DNA from: Candidatus Nanoarchaeia archaeon | GTDB lineage: Archaea; Nanobdellota; Nanobdellia; Woesearchaeales; JANQNC01 | DNA length: 32,000 nucleotides | Direction: 5' to 3' | Assembly (NCBI GenBank): GCA_028279745.1 | Contig: JANQNC010000001.1 | Location: 1,050,001-1,082,000 of the forward strand | Shown: piece after piece, positions 14,914-25,900 of the stretch | Numbering within the stretch: the stretch's first letter is position 1 | How the letters are laid out: every line of letters begins with the position of its first letter | The notes under the pieces: model-generated | Told to the model about the DNA's origin: nothing | What the model saw: the letters and a program-made list of their open reading frames with translations, nothing else | Database searches by the model: none | Made by a program: the position numbers and the translations under genes

Positions 14914-15942
14914 ATGAAGAAAGCGATCGTATTAGGAACAGTGTTGACGGCAGCACTTCTAAGCCATGTTATGAAACCGCAGATAAGAGAATTTGTTCAA
15001 GGGGTTAGAAGCGAGAAGGTTGTTCAAACTGTACCAGAAAAAAAAGAAGTTAAAACAAAAAATGAAGAAAAAGTCTATGCTGAGCAGGCAGAGAAAAAAT
15101 TCTTACTTCCTGAAAACAAAACATTAACCCCTTACTTAATGGATGACAAAGAGGAGATCGATACCTTGATCCAAATGGCAGAACACGATCTTAAACTGAT
15201 CAGATGGAATTATGGCTATGATGACGTTCATATGTTCGGAGTTCCAAAAAGAGACGCTAATGGAATGAACATGAAACAGGACACAAGGGGATTCACAAAA
15301 GACAGGAAGAGAAAAGAACTTGTACAGTTCAAAAATGATCTTATGCAAAGAAAATATGAACTTGACAGAGAAAGTCTGGCTGGGCTAGAACAAGGATATC
15401 AAAAAATAAACCTTCTTGATTACAACAGGATACTAGAACGGGATGGTATGAAATCTGATGGGCTTGTTGAATTGGCAAGAAAACTTGTAGACACTAAAGT
15501 GAATAAGATATACCTTAAAGATGACGGAGAAAAGAAGATAGCTGTTTTACACTGGGACAAGAATAAATCATTAGTTCTGAAGGATATCAAAGTAAGTCTA
15601 GAAGCAAAAACACAGTTGATGGCAGGAAAAGCATACTTAGAAATGAATGGAAAAAGCGAGAACTATTTTGGAGCATTACACATATCAGAAAACCAATACA
15701 GATGCATGGAAGAGCTGGCAAGAGACAGAAATGACATAGCGGCTTATGGTGTGTTTGGAATGATAAATTCTAAACTGACAATTCCTTTTGGAGCATTTAT
15801 ATCGGTAAACGATATAAGAGGTGAGGGTGTAAAAGTGATAAGAGCAGGTAAAGGTCAAGAAACCGTAATGGCAGATCTGCCTTCAGAAGCGATGAAAGTA
15901 CTAAAAGATTATCATGCTGCAACTAGAGATGTTTGCAACTAA
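14914..15942 (+). CDS. membrane-anchored or secreted protein, unknown function
   Basis: N-terminal hydrophobic helix MKKAIVLGTVLTAALLSHV. I recognise no motif. Transcribed divergently from the PBP gene. Confidence 0.5.
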   Translation: MKKAIVLGTVLTAALLSHVMKPQIREFVQGVRSEKVVQTVPEKKEVKTKNEEKVYAEQAEKKFLLPENKTLTPYLMDDKEEIDTLIQMAEHDLKLIRWNYGYDDVHMFGVPKRDANGMNMKQDTRGFTKDRKRKELVQFKNDLMQRKYELDRESLAGLEQGYQKINLLDYNRILERDGMKSDGLVELARKLVDTKVNKIYLKDDGEKKIAVLHWDKNKSLVLKDIKVSLEAKTQLMAGKAYLEMNGKSENYFGALHISENQYRCMEELARDRNDIAAYGVFGMINSKLTIPFGAFISVNDIRGEGVKVIRAGKGQETVMADLPSEAMKVLKDYHAATRDVCN

Positions 15943-15975
15943 ATCTAGTTAGTTATTCTATCAATTTTTATACCG

Positions 15976-15987
15976 TAACATTTAAAT
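15976..15987 (+). promoter_or_regulatory. BRE/TATA promoter for ppsA
   Basis: AACATTTAAATA, identical to the core upstream of the histone gene. SD AGAGGTG follows. Confidence 0.5.
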
Positions 15988-16027
15988 ACTACCCAAATCA
16001 GTTTTAATAGTAAAAAGAGGTGTTAGA

Positions 16028-18433
16028 TTGGATAAGGAACATGAATTTATTCTATGGTTTGACCAGCTGGCAATAGAAGATGTGCCGTACGTTGGAGGAA
16101 AAAACGCATCATTAGGAGAGATGTATAGAATATTAACTCCTAAAGGTGTTAAAGTCCCTAATGGATTTGCAGTTACAGCTTACGCTTACAGATACTTTGT
16201 AGAAAAAGCAGGAATAAAAGACAAGATAAAAGAGATCCTTTCAGATCTAGACACGTCAAACATGGAAAACTTATCCGAACGAGGACACAAAGTAAGAACA
16301 TTGATCAGAAATGCAGAGTTCCCGCAAGAGCTTAAAGATGTTATTGTTGAAGCTTATGGAAAGATGTGTGAAGAGTATGGAGAAAATACAGACACAGCAG
16401 TAAGAAGTTCAGCGACAGCAGAAGACTTACCGGATGCAAGCTTTGCAGGACAACAAGAAACATACCTTAATGTTAGAGGAGAATATCACCTGATGACTGC
16501 ATGCAAAAACTGTTTTGCATCACTATTCACCAACAGAGCAATTTCTTATAGAGTAGACAAAGGCTTTGACCATTTTTCGATTGCACTATCAATTGGAGTA
16601 CAGAAAATGGTCAGAAGTGATATGTCATGTTCAGGAGTAATGTTCTCAATAGACACAGAATCAGGATTCAAAGACGCAGCATTCATAACAGGTGCATGGG
16701 GATTAGGAGAAAATGTTGTACAAGGAGCAGTAAACCCTGATGAGTTCTATGTTTTTAAACCAACATTGAAAGAAGGCAAAAGACCTATAATAAGCAAAAA
16801 AGTAGGGCAGAAACACATAAAGATGGTCTATGCGGAAGATGGCGGGCAAGCAACTAAAAATATAGACACTCCAGAAGAAGACAGAAAAAAGTTTGTAATA
16901 AGTGATGATGAAATTTTGAAACTTGCAGAATGGGCATGTATAATAGAAGATCACTATTCAGAAAAAGCAGGAAAATTCAAACCGATGGATATGGAATGGG
17001 CAAAAGATGGACAGACAGGAGAGCTGTTTATAGTTCAAGCAAGACCAGAAACAGTGGCATCACAGAAAAATGCAAATGTGCTAGAAAAATATGTGCTAAA
17101 AGAAGAAGGAAAAGTGATAGCTACCGGACAAGGTGTAGGAGAAAAGATAGGACAAGGCCCTGTAAATGTAATCAAAGATGTTCATGATATAGGCAATTTC
17201 AAAGAGGGAGAGGTGTTGGTTACAGAGATGACAGACCCAGACTGGGAACCGATAATGAAAATAGCTTCTGCAATCGTTACTAACCGTGGCGGGAGAACTT
17301 GTCACGCGGCAATAATCTCAAGAGAGTTGGGAATTCCATGTGTAGTAGGAACGAACAACGGAACTGAAGTGATAGAGAATGGAAAGAAGGTAACAGTAAG
17401 TTGTGCAGAGGGAGAAGAAGGACATGTGTATGAAGGAAACTTAAAGTTCGAAGTAGAAAAATTAGATTTACAAACAGTTCCTGAAACAAAAACAAAAGTT
17501 ATGATGAACATAGGGAATCCTGATCAAGCATTTTCAGCAAGTTTCTTACCAAATGATGGAGTGGGTTTAGCTAGAGAAGAGTTTGTTATCAATTCTTACA
17601 TTGGGATTCATCCAAGAGCACTTATCGAGTATGATAATTTAGAAGATTCAGAAGTTAAGAAACAAATTGATGAAAGAACTTATGGATACGAAGACAAAAA
17701 AGAGTTCTTCGTCGATAAACTAAGCCAAGGAGTTGGAAGAATTGCGGCAGCATTCTATCCAAAAGATGTTATTGTTAGATGTTCAGACTTTAAGAGTAAT
17801 GAATATGCAAACCTGCTTGGAGGAAAAGCATTTGAACCAAACGAAGACAACCCGATGATAGGGTGGAGAGGTTCTAGCCGTTATTATGATGATAAATACA
17901 AGGAAGCATTTGCACTAGAGTGCACAGCACTTAAGAAAGTAAGAGAAGATATGGGTCTTACAAACTTGAAAATAATGGTTCCATTCTGCAGAACAGTAGA
18001 AGAAGGAAAAGCTGTACTTGCAGAGATGGAGAAAAATGGTTTGAAGAGAGGAGAAAACGATCTACAAGTTTATGTAATGTGCGAGATACCTTCAAACGTG
18101 TTACTAGCAGACCAGTTCTGCGAAATATTTGATGGATTCTCAATTGGAAGTAATGACCTGACGCAGTTAACACTTGGTCTTGATAGAGATTCTGAGTTAG
18201 TTGCACACATATTTGACGAAAGAAACGAAGCAGTAAAAAGATTGGTTAGTCAGGTAATAAAGGTAGCAAAAGAAAAAGGCAAAAAAATAGGGATATGTGG
18301 AGACGCACCTAGCACTTATCCAGAATTTGCACAATTCTTGGTAGAAGAAGGAATAGATTCATTAGGTTTGACACCTGATGTAATTGTCAAGACAAGACTT
18401 AACGTTGCAGAAACTGAGAAAAAGAAGAAGTGA
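16028..18433 (+). CDS. ppsA: phosphoenolpyruvate synthase
   Basis: TTG start 7 nt after GAGG. VGGKNASLGEM, phospho-His motif GGRTCHAAIISRELGIPCVVG, and the C-terminal PEP-utilising domain FSIGSNDLTQL. Confidence 0.95.
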   Translation: MDKEHEFILWFDQLAIEDVPYVGGKNASLGEMYRILTPKGVKVPNGFAVTAYAYRYFVEKAGIKDKIKEILSDLDTSNMENLSERGHKVRTLIRNAEFPQELKDVIVEAYGKMCEEYGENTDTAVRSSATAEDLPDASFAGQQETYLNVRGEYHLMTACKNCFASLFTNRAISYRVDKGFDHFSIALSIGVQKMVRSDMSCSGVMFSIDTESGFKDAAFITGAWGLGENVVQGAVNPDEFYVFKPTLKEGKRPIISKKVGQKHIKMVYAEDGGQATKNIDTPEEDRKKFVISDDEILKLAEWACIIEDHYSEKAGKFKPMDMEWAKDGQTGELFIVQARPETVASQKNANVLEKYVLKEEGKVIATGQGVGEKIGQGPVNVIKDVHDIGNFKEGEVLVTEMTDPDWEPIMKIASAIVTNRGGRTCHAAIISRELGIPCVVGTNNGTEVIENGKKVTVSCAEGEEGHVYEGNLKFEVEKLDLQTVPETKTKVMMNIGNPDQAFSASFLPNDGVGLAREEFVINSYIGIHPRALIEYDNLEDSEVKKQIDERTYGYEDKKEFFVDKLSQGVGRIAAAFYPKDVIVRCSDFKSNEYANLLGGKAFEPNEDNPMIGWRGSSRYYDDKYKEAFALECTALKKVREDMGLTNLKIMVPFCRTVEEGKAVLAEMEKNGLKRGENDLQVYVMCEIPSNVLLADQFCEIFDGFSIGSNDLTQLTLGLDRDSELVAHIFDERNEAVKRLVSQVIKVAKEKGKKIGICGDAPSTYPEFAQFLVEEGIDSLGLTPDVIVKTRLNVAETEKKKK

Positions 18434-18670
18434 TTATTCTAACATGTTGGTTATGGCTATTTCCATTAGCCTGTAATCTGTTTCATCTACGTATTCGTTG
18501 ACTCCATAGACGAAACTACGAACTTTATTCTTGGCTTTCTGAAAATAGTGAGAAGCTAAGGGTACAGATAAGCTAGCTGAGTACGCAAGGGCTGCACAGC
18601 AGATAAGGAGAGGTTCTTTGTTCTGCTTTATGAGTTCAGGTGTTTTTGCTATAATTTCAAGTTCGGGCAT
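18434..18670 (-). CDS. hypothetical 78-aa protein
   Basis: ORF only. A TATA-like CTTAAATA lies about 27 nt upstream. No recognisable motif. Confidence 0.3.
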   Translation of the reverse strand: MPELEIIAKTPELIKQNKEPLLICCAALAYSASLSVPLASHYFQKAKNKVRSFVYGVNEYVDETDYRLMEIAITNMLE

Positions 18671-18810
18671 TTTTTTGTTTTTGGGGTGGTGACTAGTATT
18701 TAAGAATATTTGATGATGCTTACTATAACCTCTGCACAGTAGTAAAAATAGAAAAGTTTATAAAGAAAAGACCATTCACTAATCAGATATTTGGTAAGAA
18801 AGGTATGCAA

Positions 18811-20287
<1,477 letters not shown>

Positions 20288-20529
20288 TTTTTTATTTTTT
20301 CAAATTTTCTTATAAACGATTTTTTCTCTGTTTTTGTCAGAAAAAGTGATAAAAACGCTGATTTAAGCTTGTTTTCACCATTCTCAAATGGGAACAGTTC
20401 AAAAGTTTTATATACTATCTGGTATTCCTTATACTAAATATAAGTGGGGGTAGGATGATTGTTATAGTGTTGAAAAAGCTTGTTTTAGGCTTTTTTAAAT
20501 AAAAAAATAGCGACAAGGGGGTTATAACT

Positions 20530-22575
20530 GTGTACAACCAAAATAACAATTACAAAACAAACGGATTTTCTTTTAGGAGATTATTAGGAGCAGCAGCAAT
20601 TTCGCTAATGCTTTACACTGGAGTAAGGGCTGCAGAAAAACCTGCAGGATTCAGTATGGAAGCAGGATCATCAAAAAAGAAAGTGATGCTGGTTCCAGAT
20701 GTAGAACCAGAACCTGTGGATCTACAAAAAATATTGGAGGACAGTTCAGATGTTGAACCGGAACCAAGTGCTGCACCAGCACCTGCACCTGCGGTAAAAC
20801 CTAAACCTAAAAAAGACCATCTTACACCAAACGAGCCAGTGCAGTACACAAACAAGATAACTTCTGAAACATATCAAAAAATGAAAAAGCTGGCTGAAAA
20901 GGATAACCGATTAGGATTGATAAGATTAATAGATGTACAATCAGGAGACAGAAAACTAGAATCAATAATGTATTCAGAAAAAGGAAAAGCAATACAGCTA
21001 AACCTTTACAACGACAAGAATGAATACAAACAAAGAGAGATAAGGTTAAATGATTATCTGATGGCGGATGTAAAAAAGTATGAAGAGTTAGCAGCAAAAT
21101 TAAAAGAAGAAGAGCCAAAATCTGAACCGCCAAAGAAAGAAAAGAAAAAGAAGAAAAAAGGACCAAGTTTGTTTGGAAAACTAATAAAGAACATAGCAAA
21201 CAGGCTAACTTTAGATGGTTCATCAAGAAACTATCTTTCTGATGGAGACAATTTCAGCACAGACAACAATTTAGGAGCTAGTATATTTGATTTTACAAAA
21301 ATAAACTTTAACGTAGGGAAAACAGGATATGGGAAAGACGAAGTATTCCAAGGATCAATTAACGATGTGGATTATTCACAAGAAGATAATACTGTGATGA
21401 GTTCATTTAACCTTGGGGGTGGATTATTGTTGACGCCTGAAGCATCAGAAATACTTCTAGCATTCCAAAGAGTTACAGACAAAATGGATATAAACTCAGT
21501 ATACAATGAAGACGTATCAATATCAGAGGTAGTAAGTGGAGAATTGTACAATGCACTGATCCATACAAATCAGCTAGACAGCATAAAGATAAAAAATAAA
21601 ACAGACTTATTGAGAGCAGGAGTTGCAAGAACAATCTTCGGTAACTCACTAAAGCTAGGGTTATACGGGCATTACATGAAGAATAATTCACAAAGCAACA
21701 CTTCAATGAGAGAATATGAAAGTGGTATAGAATCATTGACTTATGATTCAACAATGTCAAACGGGTTTGATACGACTTTATTCATATTCAACGATACAAT
21801 ACCTGCAACACTAACGGACTCAAAAGATGAAGAGATAAGATCAGAACAAAAAATAATAACTGGAATGCCTTCCGTATTCTGGAACTGGGGACCACTAGTT
21901 CTTGGAGGAGCAGGAATCTACTCATCAATAAAAGAGATAAGAGACACAGTAGGTGTTGGAGACATAAAGACAAGCAGCAACTACAAAGCAGGATCAGTTA
22001 ATTTTGGGATACAATTCTGGAAACTATTCTCAAGCTCGTTCTTCGGAGCAAGCTCAGACTTTGAAAACCTGAGAGTGTCACAAACATTCTACCTATCAGA
22101 TGAGAAACCAGGGCACATAGTAACTGAAAAAATATCAGGAATACAAAGCAACCTGATGATGAACGATCTTGAAAGAATGTTGGCAGCAGCAACATCACAA
22201 AAACAATTGGGACAGTTAGGGGTAGGAATGCATCCATTATCAATCATAGACCAATATGGGTTGATGAGAGATTTACCTGACTTTAACCAGTTAACATTAG
22301 ACTATGAAAAAGTAGATAGATTCGATCTAGAAGGAGAGATAATGAGAGTGGCTGCAGCACTTAAGCTAGTAGACAAAGGAAATAAAGCTGCAAGCTTTGT
22401 TGCAGAAGGAAGCAAAATACATGTAACAGGAGATCCAGACGATCTTTACTCAATGCTGGCAGGAATCATGGGGAAATTTGGAAGCTGGTATGTTATGCCA
22501 GTACTAAAGATCAACATGAAAGGAGATGAAAGCGTAGCATCCGCAGGATTAACCGTAGGATTAAAAGCAAGATAG
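20530..22575 (+). CDS. secreted or anchored protein: signal-like helix, Pro-rich and Lys-rich linkers, large beta-rich C-terminal domain
   Basis: GTG start 8 nt after AGGGGG. N-terminus is FRRLLGAAAISLMLYTGVRA. Linkers are EPEPSAAPAPAPAVKPKPKK and KKEKKKKKKG. The C-terminal approximately 470 aa show alternating-hydrophobic strand patterns. Confidence 0.6.
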   Translation: MYNQNNNYKTNGFSFRRLLGAAAISLMLYTGVRAAEKPAGFSMEAGSSKKKVMLVPDVEPEPVDLQKILEDSSDVEPEPSAAPAPAPAVKPKPKKDHLTPNEPVQYTNKITSETYQKMKKLAEKDNRLGLIRLIDVQSGDRKLESIMYSEKGKAIQLNLYNDKNEYKQREIRLNDYLMADVKKYEELAAKLKEEEPKSEPPKKEKKKKKKGPSLFGKLIKNIANRLTLDGSSRNYLSDGDNFSTDNNLGASIFDFTKINFNVGKTGYGKDEVFQGSINDVDYSQEDNTVMSSFNLGGGLLLTPEASEILLAFQRVTDKMDINSVYNEDVSISEVVSGELYNALIHTNQLDSIKIKNKTDLLRAGVARTIFGNSLKLGLYGHYMKNNSQSNTSMREYESGIESLTYDSTMSNGFDTTLFIFNDTIPATLTDSKDEEIRSEQKIITGMPSVFWNWGPLVLGGAGIYSSIKEIRDTVGVGDIKTSSNYKAGSVNFGIQFWKLFSSSFFGASSDFENLRVSQTFYLSDEKPGHIVTEKISGIQSNLMMNDLERMLAAATSQKQLGQLGVGMHPLSIIDQYGLMRDLPDFNQLTLDYEKVDRFDLEGEIMRVAAALKLVDKGNKAASFVAEGSKIHVTGDPDDLYSMLAGIMGKFGSWYVMPVLKINMKGDESVASAGLTVGLKAR

Positions 22576-22588
22576 AGGGGGTTGGAAA

Positions 22589-25500
22589 GTGAAAAATAAA
22601 ATAATAACAATCATCTTAATGGCACTGTTTGTTGTCTCAGTTGTAGCAGCAACAGACGTAAGAGCGCCAAGAGCGTCAATAAGTGCAGTTGGGGTAGCAA
22701 ACTCACAGAGCAGCGCACAGCTAGTTCTAGTAGCAAGAGATATAGGACATGGAAATGATGGACTATCAAGACTAGAAGTAGAGCTAGTAGAAACAGGACA
22801 GGTAGTGCATTCAAGATCAATAGCTAACGAAGTTATTTTCTCAGAAACAATTTCAGTAACTAAGATGAGAAAAGGAACCAACACCTATAAACTGAAAGTA
22901 TGGGACTTAGCAGGAAACTACGATGATGATACTGTAAAAGTAGACTTCGTAAACAACAAACCCTCAATCTCACTAAACTATCCAGCCTTAGATGTTTACG
23001 AAACAGGCATAGTGCCAATCAACTTTACACTAACAGATATAGATAATGAAACAGTCAAAGTGGGTGCAGTAATGTATTCATGTGGTCACTTAGGGGATCT
23101 AGAGGTAATAACAAACTTACAGAACGATCCAAACTATGCATTTACAAACACCGAAAACGGAGTAGATGTAGTTTATGATTGGAATACTTCTCAGAGTTTA
23201 CAAGAAGGAGAAGATTGTTATGTAAGAGTATCAATATTTGATTCAGAAAGTATTGTGGGTGGAAATAGTGAAGAGTTTAAGATATCAAATGTGCAGCCAC
23301 AGATAACACTTGAAGATGTTTCACCTTGGAACATAAACACAGGCACAGTTCAAATTGAATTCAACACAACAAAAGAAGCAGCAGTAACAAGTGTTTCTGT
23401 TAATGGCAATTCAGCAACTGTATCCGGGGATAATAATACTAACTTTGTGTACACATATGATGTGACTGCAGCAGACCCAGATGGAGATGCAGAAATAATC
23501 ATAGCAATGACAGACCTTTACGGATTAAATGCAACATTTAGAGATGCATCATTCTTATTTGTTGACCAGACAGGACCAACTATCGAGAACGAAGGAGTTC
23601 AAGATGGAGAAATAATCAGCGATAATCAAACAACGCTTGATGTAGAAATTGAAGATGCAGGGGTTGGAGTAAACGAATCAACACTATTGATAACAGTTAA
23701 TGGTCCGACTTTTTCACAAACGTATTCAGTAGATGATCAAGAGATAGTTTGGGATGGAGATGCTCAAGCAACACTTGATCCAACTGAAGCAGTATCATTA
23801 TCAAGCTTACCTGATGGAAGATACAACATATCAGTTTTAGTTGATGATAACTTAGGAATTGGATCAACAGATAACTGGTATTTCATAGTAGATACAACTG
23901 CACCAAATATAACAATATCATACCCGCAAGATGAAGACATACTGAACTCAGGAAATGTTCCAGTTAATGTCACCGTATCTGACGTTAACGGACTAGATGA
24001 AGTGTGGGTGATGAACGGAAATAATAAGTTCAATACAACATTAAATGGTGGAGTATATCAAACAACTGTGCCATTCACAACAAATGGTGTAAAGAATTTA
24101 GTTGCTTACGCAAATGATACTGCAGGAAATCTAGCAAGTGACGCAATCTCAATCACAGTAGATAGAGATATGGAAGCGCCTGTAATCAACAACACACAAC
24201 CAACCGCAACAAACGATAACACGCCCACAATCACAGCAAATGTATATGATGATGGAAGTGGAGTAAATGCATCAAGCATAGTGCTAGCAGTTGGCGGAAG
24301 TTCATACACAACAACTGATAGTGAATTAAATTTCACATCAGATACATTAACATTTATCCCTGGATCTTCATTAGGAGATGGTGTGACAGCTGTTAAGATA
24401 AATGCCAGCGACAACGAAGGAAACGAAGCATACAAAACATGGAACATTGAGATAGACTCGACAGACCCAGTTGTTGCAATAACATCGCCAACAAACGGAT
24501 CAATCACAGGAACAGATGTTACAGTACAATTCACAATAACAGAAGATAACCTGGATTATGTTCAGGTAAGAACAAACACAGGAAACTGGATGAACATATC
24601 AGGATCAACAGCAAACTTATTCACATCACTAACAAAAGATGTAGTGAACGAGCTGCAAGTAAGAGCATTTGACGAAGCAGGAAACTCAGGAACAGATTCT
24701 GTGTTTGTGAATTCATCACAAGACAACTCACTACCAGAGATAAGCTTCGTGTATCCTGTAGAAGGACAAAGGATCAAAACAAACGTGTTTAATGTAAGCG
24801 TTAACGCAACAGACAACGTAGCGATAGTCGCAGTAAATGTAAATGATGGAACAAATACAACAGTAATGTCCAATGGAGGTTCTGGCGATATATACATGGC
24901 AGAACTGAACCTTACAGATGGAAACTACTTGTTAAGAGCATTCGCAAACGACACATCAGGAAACAATGCAACAACATCAGTTAACATTAATGTAAACACA
25001 AACATAACATATGGGGTCTTAACGGGACAAGTAACAGACAACAATAATGTTGGAATCTTTAATGCACTAGTAAGCGGATATCTGGGAGATGAACTAATCA
25101 ACAGCACAACAACAAGTGCAGACGGAAGTTATTCTATGATATTAGAAGAAGGATTCTATACAATAAACGTAACAGCACCATCACACCAAACAACATCAAC
25201 AACGGAAACCGTTGGAAGTGTTATAGCAATAAAGAACGTACAGCTACTGCCTGTAGAAGATGTAAGTGTGGACTTAGTTAATGTGGTGGGAAGCTTAGTA
25301 GAAAAACAAACACTGACAGTCCAAGCAAACCTATCAAAAAGATTGTCAGCAACACAGACCGTTAATGCAACACTATCAGTAGATTCAACACCAGTAGAAT
25401 CAAAACAGTTAGTGTTAGGACAATCAGGAAGTGTAAGCTTTGATATAATTGCACAAGAAGGATTAAAGACACTAAAAGTTTCTGTGATGCCTTTATCAGG

Positions 25501-25885
25501 AGAGCAGAACACAGTAAATAACGAAAAAACAACCCAGATAACATCTGACGCAATCGAAGATGCAGTAAGCCTGAATATTTTTGCACCGCCTTACAACCTG
25601 GCTGGGAACACACAATACAACATTCCAGTAATTGTAGTCAATAAAGGAGATAAAGCACTTCAGGACGTTCAGATAAATGTTACAGCACAAACAGGAATCA
25701 CTGTAAATGGAGATGAGATGAAAACAATAGACTTACCATTAGGAAACTCAACAACCCTAACATGGTTAGTAACAACAGGAACAGTAGACGCGGGAGTGGG
25801 AGAAAACACAATAACATCTACAGCATACAACTTAGTGAACTCAACAGACACACTAAGATCGGCAGTAGGCCAAGGGTTTAGTTAA
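22589..25885 (+). CDS. large surface or S-layer-like adhesin with repeated Ig-like, carboxypeptidase-regulatory-like and CARDB-like modules
   Basis: GTG start 7 nt after GAGGGGG. Signal-like helix IITIILMALFVVSVVAA. Recurrent D-x-(A/S/E)-G-N module ends: WDLAGNYDDD, ANDTAGNLASD, ASDNEGNEAYK, AFDEAGNSGTD, ANDTSGNNATT. GVLTGQVTDNNNVGIFNALVSGY...DGSYSM. SGEQNTVNNEKT. Many N-x-S/T sequons. Confidence 0.7.
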   Translation: MKNKIITIILMALFVVSVVAATDVRAPRASISAVGVANSQSSAQLVLVARDIGHGNDGLSRLEVELVETGQVVHSRSIANEVIFSETISVTKMRKGTNTYKLKVWDLAGNYDDDTVKVDFVNNKPSISLNYPALDVYETGIVPINFTLTDIDNETVKVGAVMYSCGHLGDLEVITNLQNDPNYAFTNTENGVDVVYDWNTSQSLQEGEDCYVRVSIFDSESIVGGNSEEFKISNVQPQITLEDVSPWNINTGTVQIEFNTTKEAAVTSVSVNGNSATVSGDNNTNFVYTYDVTAADPDGDAEIIIAMTDLYGLNATFRDASFLFVDQTGPTIENEGVQDGEIISDNQTTLDVEIEDAGVGVNESTLLITVNGPTFSQTYSVDDQEIVWDGDAQATLDPTEAVSLSSLPDGRYNISVLVDDNLGIGSTDNWYFIVDTTAPNITISYPQDEDILNSGNVPVNVTVSDVNGLDEVWVMNGNNKFNTTLNGGVYQTTVPFTTNGVKNLVAYANDTAGNLASDAISITVDRDMEAPVINNTQPTATNDNTPTITANVYDDGSGVNASSIVLAVGGSSYTTTDSELNFTSDTLTFIPGSSLGDGVTAVKINASDNEGNEAYKTWNIEIDSTDPVVAITSPTNGSITGTDVTVQFTITEDNLDYVQVRTNTGNWMNISGSTANLFTSLTKDVVNELQVRAFDEAGNSGTDSVFVNSSQDNSLPEISFVYPVEGQRIKTNVFNVSVNATDNVAIVAVNVNDGTNTTVMSNGGSGDIYMAELNLTDGNYLLRAFANDTSGNNATTSVNINVNTNITYGVLTGQVTDNNNVGIFNALVSGYLGDELINSTTTSADGSYSMILEEGFYTINVTAPSHQTTSTTETVGSVIAIKNVQLLPVEDVSVDLVNVVGSLVEKQTLTVQANLSKRLSATQTVNATLSVDSTPVESKQLVLGQSGSVSFDIIAQEGLKTLKVSVMPLSGEQNTVNNEKTTQITSDAIEDAVSLNIFAPPYNLAGNTQYNIPVIVVNKGDKALQDVQINVTAQTGITVNGDEMKTIDLPLGNSTTLTWLVTTGTVDAGVGENTITSTAYNLVNSTDTLRSAVGQGFS

Positions 25886-25900
25886 TAGAGGTACGTTAAA

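Noticed and set aside
12700-14950. PBP gene as part of a mobile element or as assembly contamination
   Set aside because: There is no transposase, integrase, flanking direct or inverted repeat, or tRNA-adjacent att-like site. Composition is the same as the flanks. The stop overlaps an archaeal gene, and the gene has an archaeal promoter. Only read-level checks can fully exclude chimerism.
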